Made by a program: the position numbers and the translations under genes. From positions 73,417-137,416 of the forward strand of contig CAVOVJ010000008.1 of NCBI GenBank assembly GCA_963699835.1: a stretch of DNA of 64,000 bases. Reading direction: 5' to 3'. Shown piece by piece: positions 31,935-41,994 of the stretch. Positions within the stretch are counted from its first letter, which is position 1; every line of letters starts with the position of its first letter. This stretch comes from an uncultured Gammaproteobacteria bacterium. GTDB taxonomy: Bacteria; Pseudomonadota; Gammaproteobacteria; Steroidobacterales; BM003. Below the pieces are notes generated by a model that ran no database searches, was not told the origin of the DNA, and saw only the letters and a list, made by a program, of their open reading frames with translations.

Positions 31935-33510
31935 GCTTCAGCATCCAGTATGGCTTGCATTGCTCGGCCTCGTACCCGCGTTATGGTGGTTGCATCGGCT
32001 ACGGGATCGGGGATTCGATTTTCCGGTCGCCGCATTGTTTCTGTGGCAGCCGTCCCAGGTCGCGGTTTCCCCGGGTATGCGTATCGATACGGCGGACCCC
32101 GCATGGCGCCGCCGTGCACTGCTCGCTGCAGTCGCCGCACTGGCGCTAGCGGGTCCGTTGCTGCATTCCGGGCAGGCACCGCTCACCGTCTGGGTAGATG
32201 ACTCGCCCAGCATGTTCGCAATCGAATCCGGTACAACCCGGATTGAGTTGGCCGCGGCTGAAGTCGTGCGCCGGGCCCAAGCTGATGCGGTCAGCGAGTT
32301 TACCCTGCGCTCGCTCGGTGACCCGGCCTTGGCGATTCATGTCGATTCCGTGCGCGAGTTGGCCGAGAAGCTGACATCATGGCCGGTCGCCCGGCAGAAT
32401 CTCCGGCCTCCCCCGCCGGTGTTGATGGATAAATCGCAGCGGCACTGGCTGGTCAGCGACGGCGCTGATCGCGACCTCGCGGATTGGTCGGCCAACGCGC
32501 CTCTCGCGGAGATTATCGAGGTGGGTTCGAAGCGGAACAACGCTGTCATCGAAGCAATTGCGGCCCGTGCGAATCCGGACAATGCGCGGATGATGGACCT
32601 GCAGTTTCACATCGGTTATTCGGGATCGACACCGGGCAGCCGCACGCTTGTTATCGGCGGAACCAAAAGCCCGGGCAAGCAGATCGTCGAGCTCGCGCCG
32701 GGCTTGTCTCAGGTCGTCACGGCTTCCGCGGCGATAGGGCAGAAAATCATGGCGCGGCTTGAACCGCCCGATGCAATGGCGCTGGACGACTCGCTGGTAT
32801 TGACGGGCGATGCAAGCGCCGCCATCGCGGTACGAATCGGCGCCGACTGCCCGGCGGCGCTGACCGACGCGCTTAACGCAATCCCAGGTCTCGAGCCGAG
32901 CGCAGCGCCGGCCCGGCGCGTCGGCCTGATCGTCGCTTGCGCAAGCATGAGTGATCTTCCACCCACCGATAGCCCGGCTGTGTATTTTGTCGCACCGGAC
33001 ACAGGCATGCAGCGGTTGCCGGCACCGCAATGGACGGCGCACGCGGGGTCGCTGCGGAATATCCCCGTTGACAACGTTAGCGGGGCGGAAATCGCGTTCG
33101 GCCCCGGCGTATCCGTTACGCCGCTGCTATCCGCGGACGGACGGACAGTCATCTCACTGAACCAGTCGCCCGGACAACCACGCGCTATATATGTGGGACT
33201 CGCCATCGACAATACTGCATGGACGCGGCAGACGTCATTTGCGTTGCTGGTGGCGCGACTTGCCGAGTTAGTCACGGAACGTCAACTACTCGACCCGGTC
33301 ATCGAGATTCGTCAGGAGGTCACTGACGAGGCGATTTCTCCACGCTACCGGATGAGGCCGAACGTGGTTGCCATTCCCGCTGCGGAGTCGGATCGGGAGA
33401 TCGCGCCGTGGCTGATCTGCGTCGCTCTGCTTCTCGTGTTGTGGGATCTCGTTGCGTTGATCGCCGATGCCCGCGGGACCGCGGCACGGGCCGGCGGGGC
33501 GGCCAAATGA
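31927..33510 (+). CDS. BatA-N (aerotolerance-regulator N-terminal double-TM) domain membrane protein
   Basis: GTG start overlapping the DUF58 stop. The N-terminus IELQHPVWLALLGLVPALWWLHRLR is typical of the TIGR02226/BatA_N family. C-terminal TM helix. Confidence 0.7.
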   Translation: MIELQHPVWLALLGLVPALWWLHRLRDRGFDFPVAALFLWQPSQVAVSPGMRIDTADPAWRRRALLAAVAALALAGPLLHSGQAPLTVWVDDSPSMFAIESGTTRIELAAAEVVRRAQADAVSEFTLRSLGDPALAIHVDSVRELAEKLTSWPVARQNLRPPPPVLMDKSQRHWLVSDGADRDLADWSANAPLAEIIEVGSKRNNAVIEAIAARANPDNARMMDLQFHIGYSGSTPGSRTLVIGGTKSPGKQIVELAPGLSQVVTASAAIGQKIMARLEPPDAMALDDSLVLTGDASAAIAVRIGADCPAALTDALNAIPGLEPSAAPARRVGLIVACASMSDLPPTDSPAVYFVAPDTGMQRLPAPQWTAHAGSLRNIPVDNVSGAEIAFGPGVSVTPLLSADGRTVISLNQSPGQPRAIYVGLAIDNTAWTRQTSFALLVARLAELVTERQLLDPVIEIRQEVTDEAISPRYRMRPNVVAIPAAESDREIAPWLICVALLLVLWDLVALIADARGTAARAGGAAK

Positions 33511-36008
33511 GCACGGCAAAACGGCAGTTGCTGCTCCGTGCCGGTTTGCGTGTTCTCGCGCTGGTCCTGCTGCTTGTCGCGCTGCTCGACCCCGGGCTGC
33601 CGATCGGCGGAACGGCGATGGATGTGGTCGTGTTGGTGGACGATTCGGCGAGCGTGCAGCGTGACACGCTTGACACCCGCTGGCCGGGCATCGCGGAAAC
33701 GCTACGGCAGCTGCCGGACGGGCACAGAGATATCCTGAGATTCGCCGGCACACCGGTACTCGAGCATTCCTTTACGACCCCGGCGCAGGCCCCGCCCGGC
33801 GGCATACCGCGGACTCGGATGCTTGATCGCCGCGGCACCGATATCGCCGCCGCACTGGTTGCCGGTTTGCACAGGCTGCACCCGCAGCGAGCGGGCACCC
33901 TGATACTTGCAACAGATGGTGGCGAAAACCGCGGCGATGCGACCCGGATACTAAACGATGCGCGTCGCGCCGGGGTCACGGTGCTGGCGCTCGATATGCG
34001 TGAACCGGCGCTGCAACCCCGGCTCGGCGGATGGCAGATACCCGACCGTGCCAGAATCGGTCAGAGCGTCCAGGCAACGGCGATCGTGCGTGGCGGCGCG
34101 GCAAGCCGCGTCGGCATCGAAATCCTCGTCGATGATGTCGTCGCCCAACGCCAGTCTCTGCAGTTGGCAGACGGCGCCGATGCAGCTGCGCATTTCGTCG
34201 TCACTCCCACGCAGAGCGGCACCGTGCGAATCGGATTCCGGGTAAGCGATCCGGCGGGTAAGGAAATCGACTATCAGCCCGTTGCCGCGGTCATCGATGT
34301 TCATGGCCCGCCCTCGATACTGTTTGTCGCGGAAAAAGCGACTGCAGTATTGGCGAGCAGTCTCCGCGCGGGAGGTTTCGACGTCGAGATTATCACCCCC
34401 GCGCAGCTCGACGGACGCGCACAACACCTTGCCCGCTACCACGCAATTGTACTGGACGATGTCCGCGCCGCGGGACTCGGCGTTGCCGCGCAACGTGCTC
34501 TGGCGGATGTCGTCCAGCGGCATGGGACGGGCCTGGTTGTACTCGGCGGCAGAGCGAGTTTTGGCGCCGGCGCATACCGCCACTCGGAGCTGGAACAACT
34601 GCTGCCAGTGACCGCGGAACCACCCGAACCACAACGCGAGGCGAACGTGATGTTCCTCGTCGACAATTCCGGCAGCATGGGGCAGGCGCCCCAGGGCGTG
34701 TCGCGCCTCGACATAGCGCGCGAGGCCGTGCTCGAAACCGCCCGATCACTATCGGATGCCGATCGCGTGTCGCTTGCATCCTTCAGCGTCGAACCGGTTG
34801 TGCATCTCGCTGCTGGTAATTACCCGGATCCGCAGGCACGGCTGGATGCGGCCTGGCATTTCTCTGCCCAGGGCGGAACGACGCTTGCTCCAGCGCTAAG
34901 GCTGGCGGCGTCGACCCTCAGCGGCGAAGACAACGCGCAAAACCTGCTGGTCCTCGTGACAGACGGCTTTCTCGCGGGCACGGATCTCGCATTCGCCCGG
35001 CAAATCCTCGCCGCCAGTCGCGTCGAACTGATTGCATTGGCCATCGGTGAGGAATCGGATCTCGGTGCACTGGAATCGCTGGCGAGCGCGCACGAGGGCC
35101 GTGTCCTGAAAGTCGATCGGGTTGCGGAGTTACCGCGCCTGATGCGCCAGGCGGTCGAGGCAAGCAAACAACCGACGTTTGAGGGACCCAGCGAATTGCA
35201 GGTCCACGACGTACTTCCCGAGGAGTTTCCACAAACGCATACCTGGCCGGCAGTAAGCGGCTTCGCGGTAACGCGGCCGCGCGACGATGCAACCGTATTT
35301 GTCCGTGCAAAGAGTGGCGAAGCCGTGCTGGTCGAGCATATGAGCGGTGCCGGGCGGGTCGTGGTTTTCACTCCGGGGATTGGCGAATTTACGTCAGACT
35401 GGGGCAACTGGAGCGAGTGGCCGGCATTTGCCGGCGGGCTGCTCGAACGTGTCAGTCCATTGTTGCCCTCTGCCCGAGTCGGAATGAACGTCATCGACGA
35501 ACCAGACTATCTCTCAATCGAGGTCGACCTGCGCGACGCGTCGGGTGGCTGGCAATCCGACGCGCGCCCTGTCGTCACACTGGCGCGGCCCGACGGAACA
35601 ACGGTGACCAGTGCAGCGCTACCGGGCGCGCCGGGAAGATACATAGCGCGGGTTGCAGCGGCGAGCACAGGCACTTACACCATCGCGGTAAGCAGCGGCG
35701 ATGCGACTGTTCGCAAGAGGCATGTCCGTCATACAGCAGACGATCCGCCGCTGGCCGCGGACGGGGGCCAGCTGAATGAATGGATCGCGAGCGGACTGCT
35801 CGAGCCATTGACCGGGACCAGCATCGAAATACTCGAGCGCAAAGCGACAGCATCGGTCAGGGCGTTGCTGACCGGGCTGGCACTGGCGACCCTGGTTTTG
35901 ATTTGGGCGGGCGAACGGTTGTGGGCGCCACTGGATGCGCGCCTCGCAGTTCTCACCCGTCAGCTCGGGCGGCGCCTGACGCTTGTGTGGCGAGGCGCAC
36001 CCGCATGA
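33507..36008 (+). CDS. Large membrane-anchored vWA-domain protein (vWA-like, GATase1-like, vWA, C-terminal TM)
   Basis: ATGA overlap with the preceding gene. MIDAS-like VVVLVDDSASV and VMFLVDNSGSMG...GGTTLAPAL...VLVTDG. GATase1-like segment ILFVAEKATAVL...YHAIVLDDV...GLVVLGG. Confidence 0.75.
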   Translation: MSTAKRQLLLRAGLRVLALVLLLVALLDPGLPIGGTAMDVVVLVDDSASVQRDTLDTRWPGIAETLRQLPDGHRDILRFAGTPVLEHSFTTPAQAPPGGIPRTRMLDRRGTDIAAALVAGLHRLHPQRAGTLILATDGGENRGDATRILNDARRAGVTVLALDMREPALQPRLGGWQIPDRARIGQSVQATAIVRGGAASRVGIEILVDDVVAQRQSLQLADGADAAAHFVVTPTQSGTVRIGFRVSDPAGKEIDYQPVAAVIDVHGPPSILFVAEKATAVLASSLRAGGFDVEIITPAQLDGRAQHLARYHAIVLDDVRAAGLGVAAQRALADVVQRHGTGLVVLGGRASFGAGAYRHSELEQLLPVTAEPPEPQREANVMFLVDNSGSMGQAPQGVSRLDIAREAVLETARSLSDADRVSLASFSVEPVVHLAAGNYPDPQARLDAAWHFSAQGGTTLAPALRLAASTLSGEDNAQNLLVLVTDGFLAGTDLAFARQILAASRVELIALAIGEESDLGALESLASAHEGRVLKVDRVAELPRLMRQAVEASKQPTFEGPSELQVHDVLPEEFPQTHTWPAVSGFAVTRPRDDATVFVRAKSGEAVLVEHMSGAGRVVVFTPGIGEFTSDWGNWSEWPAFAGGLLERVSPLLPSARVGMNVIDEPDYLSIEVDLRDASGGWQSDARPVVTLARPDGTTVTSAALPGAPGRYIARVAAASTGTYTIAVSSGDATVRKRHVRHTADDPPLAADGGQLNEWIASGLLEPLTGTSIEILERKATASVRALLTGLALATLVLIWAGERLWAPLDARLAVLTRQLGRRLTLVWRGAPA

Positions 36009-36598
36009 ACAAATCACCGCGCCGCAATGGCGACAGCGTCTCGGTCTGGGACCCGTTGGTGCGGCTCGCTCACTGGTCACTGGCGCTAGCCACCGGGGTA
36101 GCGTGGTGGACCCGTGAGTACAACTACGAACTTCATCTCGATGCCGGCTACGCGGTACTGACGATCGTGGTGATTCGCCTGCTGTGGGGTTTCATCGGAA
36201 CGCAGCACGCCCGCTTTCACACCTTCAGCTACGCTCCCAGGGTCGCATTGGGTTACCTGCGGGATCTGCCGCGCGGCCGCGCCCCGCGGTTTATCGGACA
36301 CAGCCCCGCCGGCGCGTGGATGATCTTCATGTTGCTGGCCGCACTGATCGCCTGTTGCCTGAGCGGCATCGCGCTGGATGCGGCGGAGAATCGCGCCGGC
36401 CCGCTCGCGTCTACCCGGCTGTTCATCTACACCGAGCAGATCGAGGCATTCCACGCCTGGTCTACTCACGCGCTGGAGGTGCTGGTGCCGCTGCACATTG
36501 GCGGCGTCGCTGCCGCATCGCTGGCGCACCGCGAAAACCTGGTGACGGCGATGCTTACAGGGCGCAAACGCGCGCCCGGCGAGAGCGACAAGCGCTGA
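36005..36598 (+). CDS. Cytochrome b561 / Ni-Fe-hydrogenase b-type cytochrome family membrane protein
   Basis: ATGA overlap with the vWA gene. VWDPLVRLAHWSLAL..., four TM helices with conserved His positions (HW, HLDAGY, HSPAG, HIGGV), matching the PF01292-type pattern. Confidence 0.75.
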   Translation: MNKSPRRNGDSVSVWDPLVRLAHWSLALATGVAWWTREYNYELHLDAGYAVLTIVVIRLLWGFIGTQHARFHTFSYAPRVALGYLRDLPRGRAPRFIGHSPAGAWMIFMLLAALIACCLSGIALDAAENRAGPLASTRLFIYTEQIEAFHAWSTHALEVLVPLHIGGVAAASLAHRENLVTAMLTGRKRAPGESDKR

Positions 36599-36712
36599 AA
36601 ACACAGCCATGGATCACGCCTGGTCATGCTGTTAGAGCGCGCGCTGCACGCCGGCCCGCACAGCGCACCGTTCGCAGCCGGTTGTTAAACCGGACGCAGC
36701 GCCATCGTCGCG

Positions 36713-38617
36713 CTAGAAACGGTAACGAACGCCGACTCGCGGACGAATATCCGGCGCCGGAAAGCCAACGGCTTCCTCGTAACTCTCGTCCAGAAGATTG
36801 TCGACCGCGAATGTCAGGCTCAGCCTTTGCGTCGCATCCCATGTGACGGCTACATCGACGCGGTTGTAGCTATCGAGCATGATGCCACCGGTTGGAACCG
36901 AGGTGTCGTAACTTTCGTCAACGTATAACCAGTCGACGTTGACCAGCCAGTCGCGATGAGGCAGCCAGGTTGCCGTTACGCCACCGCGCCAGTCCGGTCT
37001 TTGCCGCAACTGCACGCCCGGCTCTTTCGCATCGATATCCAGATATGTCGCATGTGCCCTGAACGACAACACATCGAGTGGACGATAATCGAATTCCAGT
37101 TCGTATCCCGACGTATCGACTCGCGACCGGTTTACATTGGTAAAAAGTTCAAAATCGAAATCGATCAGATCCTTGAATTCGTTGTCGTAGTAGCTGACCG
37201 TGAAACTCAGCTGGCCCTCGATCAACTCCTGGCCCCAACCGATATCCCAGCCCTCGCTTTTCTCGGGTTTGAGTTCCGGATTACCGACAAGCGGATGACC
37301 CAACGCGAAAAAACTGGGCAACTTGAAACCCTCTCCCCAGTTGGCAAACAGCCGGCTGAATCCGTTCTCGAAACGATATACGGCCCCGAACTTGGTACTG
37401 GTTTCATCGTCTTCATCGTCAGGATCGTCGCGCCGGACACTGGCCTGCAAGGTAATCGCCGCAGTTTCGTATTTGAGTTCGCCGAACAATCCGACGATAT
37501 CGCGGTCGAGGTTGAAGTCGGTCGGTATCGGGAAACCGAAATCCACGAAGCCCTTCGAATCACCTTCCTCGTTCCAGTAGTCAGCCCCGACCGTGGAAGA
37601 AAAACCAGAGCCCATTGACCACACCAGGTAGCTTGCAGCCTCGTATCTTTCGAGCTCCGTATCCGCACCGTTGGGTGGCACGGGATCGCGCACGCCGGGC
37701 GCGATGCCGGGCGAGTCGGTATTTTCCTGATGATCGTAGTAACTACCCAATGCATGCAGGGTAAAACGCCCGGACAGGTCCCAGGCCATGTCGGCGCCGA
37801 TCGCAAAATCTTCCGAGTCGCGATCGTCTGTATCGCGAATTACCGCGTAGTCCGGTCCGCCGCTGTCTTCCGGAAACGACTCGGCATCGGAGTCGGTGTA
37901 GCGGCCACTGAGACGAATGGTCATGTCTTCTAGCGGATTTACGAATAGTTTCCCGGTTACCGACGTGCTCGTGAAATCATTGCCCTCTACCGGATCGCCA
38001 TCATCAACATAACCGGCACGCAACGAGAAATCGCCAGACGCTCCCACCGGGCCGGACAGTCCCACGCCGCCGCGATAGTACTCGTCACGACCGGCCTCGG
38101 CGTCGACGGTCACCTCGAAATCCCGGGTACCTCGTTTGGTAAAGATATTGATCACGCCAGCCAGCGCATCGGAGCCGTAGATCGATGACTGCGGTCCGCG
38201 CACGATTTCGATGCGCTCTATATCGTTGACGTGCAGCGTCGAAAAATCGAACGAACCGCCACGCGTGTTGTTCGGATCGTTGACCTTGATGCCATCGATC
38301 ATGACCACCGTAAAATTCGGCTCACTGCCGCGAACAAACAAGGAAGTAAGACCACCGCGGCCGCCGTACTGGGTAATCTGCACTCCCGGCACCGCCCGCA
38401 ACAGATCCACGACACTGGCGTCGCGGCGCGCCTCGATTGTCTCGAGATCAATCACCGTGGTCGAGTTCGGAACCCGCGAAAGGTCGTCGCGAAGACGCGT
38501 CCCTGTCACGACAAGCGTATCCAGATCACGCGCGGACACATCTGTGGTCTGCGCCGAAACGGATGGAGCAACGGCAAGAAAAAGAAAGTACGGAATCAGG
38601 GGAATTATTCTTATCAT
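36713..38617 (-). CDS. TonB-dependent receptor (BtuB-like plug sequence)
   Basis: Signal peptide MIRIIPLIPYFLFLAVAPSVSAQT. Plug motifs DTLVVTGTR, LFVRGSEPNFTVVMIDGIKVNDP, IEIVRGPQSSIYGSDALAGVINI. C-terminal GVRYRF. Confidence 0.85.
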   Translation of the reverse strand: MIRIIPLIPYFLFLAVAPSVSAQTTDVSARDLDTLVVTGTRLRDDLSRVPNSTTVIDLETIEARRDASVVDLLRAVPGVQITQYGGRGGLTSLFVRGSEPNFTVVMIDGIKVNDPNNTRGGSFDFSTLHVNDIERIEIVRGPQSSIYGSDALAGVINIFTKRGTRDFEVTVDAEAGRDEYYRGGVGLSGPVGASGDFSLRAGYVDDGDPVEGNDFTSTSVTGKLFVNPLEDMTIRLSGRYTDSDAESFPEDSGGPDYAVIRDTDDRDSEDFAIGADMAWDLSGRFTLHALGSYYDHQENTDSPGIAPGVRDPVPPNGADTELERYEAASYLVWSMGSGFSSTVGADYWNEEGDSKGFVDFGFPIPTDFNLDRDIVGLFGELKYETAAITLQASVRRDDPDDEDDETSTKFGAVYRFENGFSRLFANWGEGFKLPSFFALGHPLVGNPELKPEKSEGWDIGWGQELIEGQLSFTVSYYDNEFKDLIDFDFELFTNVNRSRVDTSGYELEFDYRPLDVLSFRAHATYLDIDAKEPGVQLRQRPDWRGGVTATWLPHRDWLVNVDWLYVDESYDTSVPTGGIMLDSYNRVDVAVTWDATQRLSLTFAVDNLLDESYEEAVGFPAPDIRPRVGVRYRF

Positions 38618-38986
38618 TATCTTCTCTCCCTGAGAAGGACGCGGTTTCAACTCGGTGACCACGCGCATCACCGTCCCGCCCCATGCCGACACCTGATCCC
38701 CCAACCCTGCGCCGACTCGCTTAGTTTATCCTCAAATCACACCAAAATCAGCAAAAAACCCGATAAAAGGCCGCTTTTTTTGCGGCGGCAGCGGTGAATT
38801 CCATCGTCGCCGTCTTGCCTCAGACGAGCGCTGAATTTGCATACGACCCATGGATTTTTTCAGTTTCATCGCGGGCACATTAAGGCCCGCGCAGATGCCG
38901 CCGGAGCATTATCTTTGCAGTGGGCCACATTGCAGACGACGGCGGTTAACCGGCCCTCAAACAGTTCTTAAGCGTGACCCGGAGAT

Positions 38987-41863
38987 CTATGGGGTCGCGG
39001 AAATCGTCGCATCCTGACAATACCTTCCCGGCACCAGGCTGCCCGGAGCCGCGGAGAAAGATATGTTGTTGTCGTCCCAGATTTCCAGCACGTAATTTCC
39101 GGGCGAAAGAACTACGTCGCTCTGCTCGAATTCGTTGGCCGCGCCGGTATCGGAGAATACGAAGCCGTTGCGGCCGTAAATTGCGAAATCCGGATCGACC
39201 GTCGCGCCAGCAGGCCGTGTCGGGGTTGCATCGACCCGGATACGATAAGAGGCGGGCGCCGCAACAGTGAAACGCAGGTAACGCCGGTTACTGAGTTTGT
39301 TGTAGTCACCCTGATCGGCGTTACTGCAGAGATCTGTCACGCTGGCGCCACCGATCTGAATCTCCGAATAAAGTGGCAGCACGTCGCCGGTTTCCGTGAC
39401 ACCATCGGCTGCGCCATCGTTGGTTTCGGCATCGCCATAAAGATCGATGCCGTCATTGCCTCCGGAGATGTTCTCGGCCTGCAACAGCGCATTAATCGCC
39501 GCGACATCGGCCGGGTTTTCGTCCCTGAGATATGACGCAAACGTGAAAATACTGGTTAGCCCGTCGGTGGTCGCCTGCGCCCCGGTCAGAACGTCATATA
39601 TCGGCCCGAAGCCCATAGAGATGGTATCGGCGCCGTCGTCGACGTCATCGTACAGGTCGTAGAGGATTTCCCCGATACTGCATTCGCCATACCAGCCCTG
39701 CGGCACGCCGGCTCCGGCGCACAGACCGGACCCGTCCTCGAGACTGAACGAGAAACCGGACGCCTGCGTGGCGCCACTCGAATCGCGATATACCGGGTCG
39801 CCGATCGCCATTGCCGAGTATGCATTGCCCCATCCCTCGCCAAAGGCCACGCGGATATCCACGAGATCGCCGGCAAAATGCGGTCCGCCGATACTATCGG
39901 TACGCGACAGGCGATCCTCGAAGTAATGCGAGAATTCATGCGCCACAACATGGACATCGTATTCGTCAGTATCGACGTCCTCCTCGCCGAGTACGAAGAT
40001 CTGTTTCGCCGAAGGCGTTACGCCGATGTCGTTGGGATCGTAAAACGTCGTACCGATACTGGTCTGGAAATCCGTGCTATTAAGCGGACTCCAGTTGATC
40101 AACAACTCCGGTGAGTCCGCGTCGGGGGACGCGGAGGCAATGAGCGTACGGCTGTCGTAGACCGCGTCGAGAATGGCGAACGGGGCTGCTGCCCGCGGCG
40201 CCGAGTATGCCGCACCATCCCAGCCGGAACTGGCATTCAGGTTAACGATCCAGTCCTGTACTCCACTGTCGAAGGCATCGCCATCGAGTACGTACATCGG
40301 TTTCGGGTCGTTGCTGATCACACCACCGTTGTCGACGACGGCGAAATTCCACGTTGGCGATGCGTCGTCCTTGAGTAAATGCGCGCGCACCCGGATCCTG
40401 ACGGGCGTTTGCGACGGAACCGTCAATGAGTAGTTGCCGTCGCTATCCGTGCTGGCTTCGACGCCGGCAATCGGACTGTCATCGCTCGCATCCAGTGCCT
40501 CCACCAACGCACCGCGCACGGGCCGTTGTTCTGTCGCTGCATAATCGAGGCCCGACGTTATCGCGTCATGCGGGACAAAATCGTAGGTCACCCGGCCACT
40601 CACCGTCACCTCGGTCGGCGTGTCATTGACGGTTATTGTCACCAGCGCCGGCGCTGACTCCGCGCCGGTGTCATCTGTCACGATCAACTGGAAAACCAGG
40701 TCGGTCGGGGTATCGACCTCCGGTGCCACAAACCCGGGCGTTGCCGTATCCGCATCGTTGAGCGTGACATCCGGACCTTCGGTCTGGGTCCATGCAAAAG
40801 AACTGATGGAACCGTCGGGGTCATTGCTGGCAGAGCCGTCGAGCGCAACGTCGGTCAGTTCGATCACCGACTGATCCGGACCGGCATCAGCCACTGGCAA
40901 CTGGTTAATCGTCACGGCAACACCATCGGAAGCGGTCGCGCCGTTTTCATCGGTCACCGTCAACTCGAACACGAGAGGCTCGGCGACTGCGCCAAGTGGC
41001 GCGGTAAACGTCGCCGTATTGGTGTCAGCCCCGTCGAGCACCACATCAGGGCCGCTGACCTGCAGCCATTGATAGGTATTTATGCTGCCATCAGGGTCAA
41101 AACTTGCGCTGCCATCGAGAATTACCACGGAACCCTCGTCGGCGATCAGATCGGCGCCGGCGTCGGCGACAGGCAGAAGGTTGACCGTTACCGCGACCGA
41201 ATCGGTAGCCGTGGCGCCGGCGTCGTCCGTGACGATGAGTTGGAACACCAGCGGCTCGGCCGCGCCAAGCGGTGCGGTGAAGCTCGCCATGTCCGTGTCG
41301 GCACCGCCAAGAACCACGGCTGGACCCGCGGTCTGTGTCCACGCGTAAGCGGTTATGCTCCCGTCCGGATCGCTGCTCCCACTGCCGTCCAGCGTCACGA
41401 GCGTCCCTTCGTCGGCAACGCTGTCAGCGCCTGCATCTGCCACCGGTGGCTGGTTGGGCGCGGCGACCGGATTGACGGTTACGGACACGATGTCCGAACC
41501 GGTAGCGCCATCGTCGTCGGTAACTGTGAGCTGGAATTCGAGCACTTCCGCCGCGTTCACCGCGGGCGCGGTAAAGGTAGCGGTAGCGCTATCGGCTCCG
41601 GACAACGTTACCGCGGTGCCGCCTGTCTGGGTCCACGCGTAGGCGCTGATAACGCCGTCAGGATCGCTACTACCGCTGCCGTCGAGCGTGACCGCCGCGC
41701 CCTCGTCGACGTCGGCATCGGCCCCGGCATCGGCAACGGGGGCCTGGTTTACCGGTGGCGGGACCGTGCCGGAGTTGTTGTTATTGTTATTGCCGCTACA
41801 GGCTGCAATCCCAAGCAACACAAAAACACAAAGTCCACGGGCGAACGCATTGGCAATGGTCAT
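38987..41863 (-). CDS. Lipoprotein with 4 PKD-like domains, a CarboxypepD_reg-like domain, an HExxH metalloprotease-like domain and a C-terminal pre-peptidase (PPC) domain
   Basis: Lipobox LLGIAAC then an Asn6 linker. Four repeats of about 93 aa (PVADAGAD...LDGSGSSDPDG.I..Y.WTQT.G...). HEFSH at 39926..39940, followed by FGEGWGN. PPC-like tail (RYLRFTVAAPASYRIRV...NYVLEIWDDNN). Confidence 0.75.
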   Translation of the reverse strand: MTIANAFARGLCVFVLLGIAACSGNNNNNNSGTVPPPVNQAPVADAGADADVDEGAAVTLDGSGSSDPDGVISAYAWTQTGGTAVTLSGADSATATFTAPAVNAAEVLEFQLTVTDDDGATGSDIVSVTVNPVAAPNQPPVADAGADSVADEGTLVTLDGSGSSDPDGSITAYAWTQTAGPAVVLGGADTDMASFTAPLGAAEPLVFQLIVTDDAGATATDSVAVTVNLLPVADAGADLIADEGSVVILDGSASFDPDGSINTYQWLQVSGPDVVLDGADTNTATFTAPLGAVAEPLVFELTVTDENGATASDGVAVTINQLPVADAGPDQSVIELTDVALDGSASNDPDGSISSFAWTQTEGPDVTLNDADTATPGFVAPEVDTPTDLVFQLIVTDDTGAESAPALVTITVNDTPTEVTVSGRVTYDFVPHDAITSGLDYAATEQRPVRGALVEALDASDDSPIAGVEASTDSDGNYSLTVPSQTPVRIRVRAHLLKDDASPTWNFAVVDNGGVISNDPKPMYVLDGDAFDSGVQDWIVNLNASSGWDGAAYSAPRAAAPFAILDAVYDSRTLIASASPDADSPELLINWSPLNSTDFQTSIGTTFYDPNDIGVTPSAKQIFVLGEEDVDTDEYDVHVVAHEFSHYFEDRLSRTDSIGGPHFAGDLVDIRVAFGEGWGNAYSAMAIGDPVYRDSSGATQASGFSFSLEDGSGLCAGAGVPQGWYGECSIGEILYDLYDDVDDGADTISMGFGPIYDVLTGAQATTDGLTSIFTFASYLRDENPADVAAINALLQAENISGGNDGIDLYGDAETNDGAADGVTETGDVLPLYSEIQIGGASVTDLCSNADQGDYNKLSNRRYLRFTVAAPASYRIRVDATPTRPAGATVDPDFAIYGRNGFVFSDTGAANEFEQSDVVLSPGNYVLEIWDDNNISFSAAPGSLVPGRYCQDATISATP
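40633..41758 (-). repeat. Intragenic tandem array of four PKD-like domain repeats (~280 bp each)
   Basis: Repeated protein blocks are also visible as look-alike antisense ORFs (41082..41348, 41355..41642). Confidence 0.7.
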
Positions 41864-41994
41864 ATTTTTCCCGCACGCATCGGCCTCGCGACGCGCCTCC
41901 CCTGTAGATTTGTAATTATTCGGTCGTGCCTGTCAGTGATCCGTTCCCCAACTCGACCGGACCTGATCCATCGTGGAATTCGCCTGCGCGCGGG

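Noticed and set aside
38618-38986. Possible cobalamin riboswitch in the ~370-nt leader of the BtuB-like receptor. A weak GCCGC-A7-GCGGC hairpin followed by a T-rich tract lies at about 38760..38790.
   Set aside because: I read the leader on the coding strand and could not find the conserved core (GGGAA...GGUGAAAAUCC...GCCACUG) or a B12 box (AGCCAGGAGACCUGCC-like). Only fragmentary resemblances appear, for example GCCCACUGC. The hairpin is more simply the terminator of the upstream protease gene. A covariance-model scan (RF00174) would settle it.
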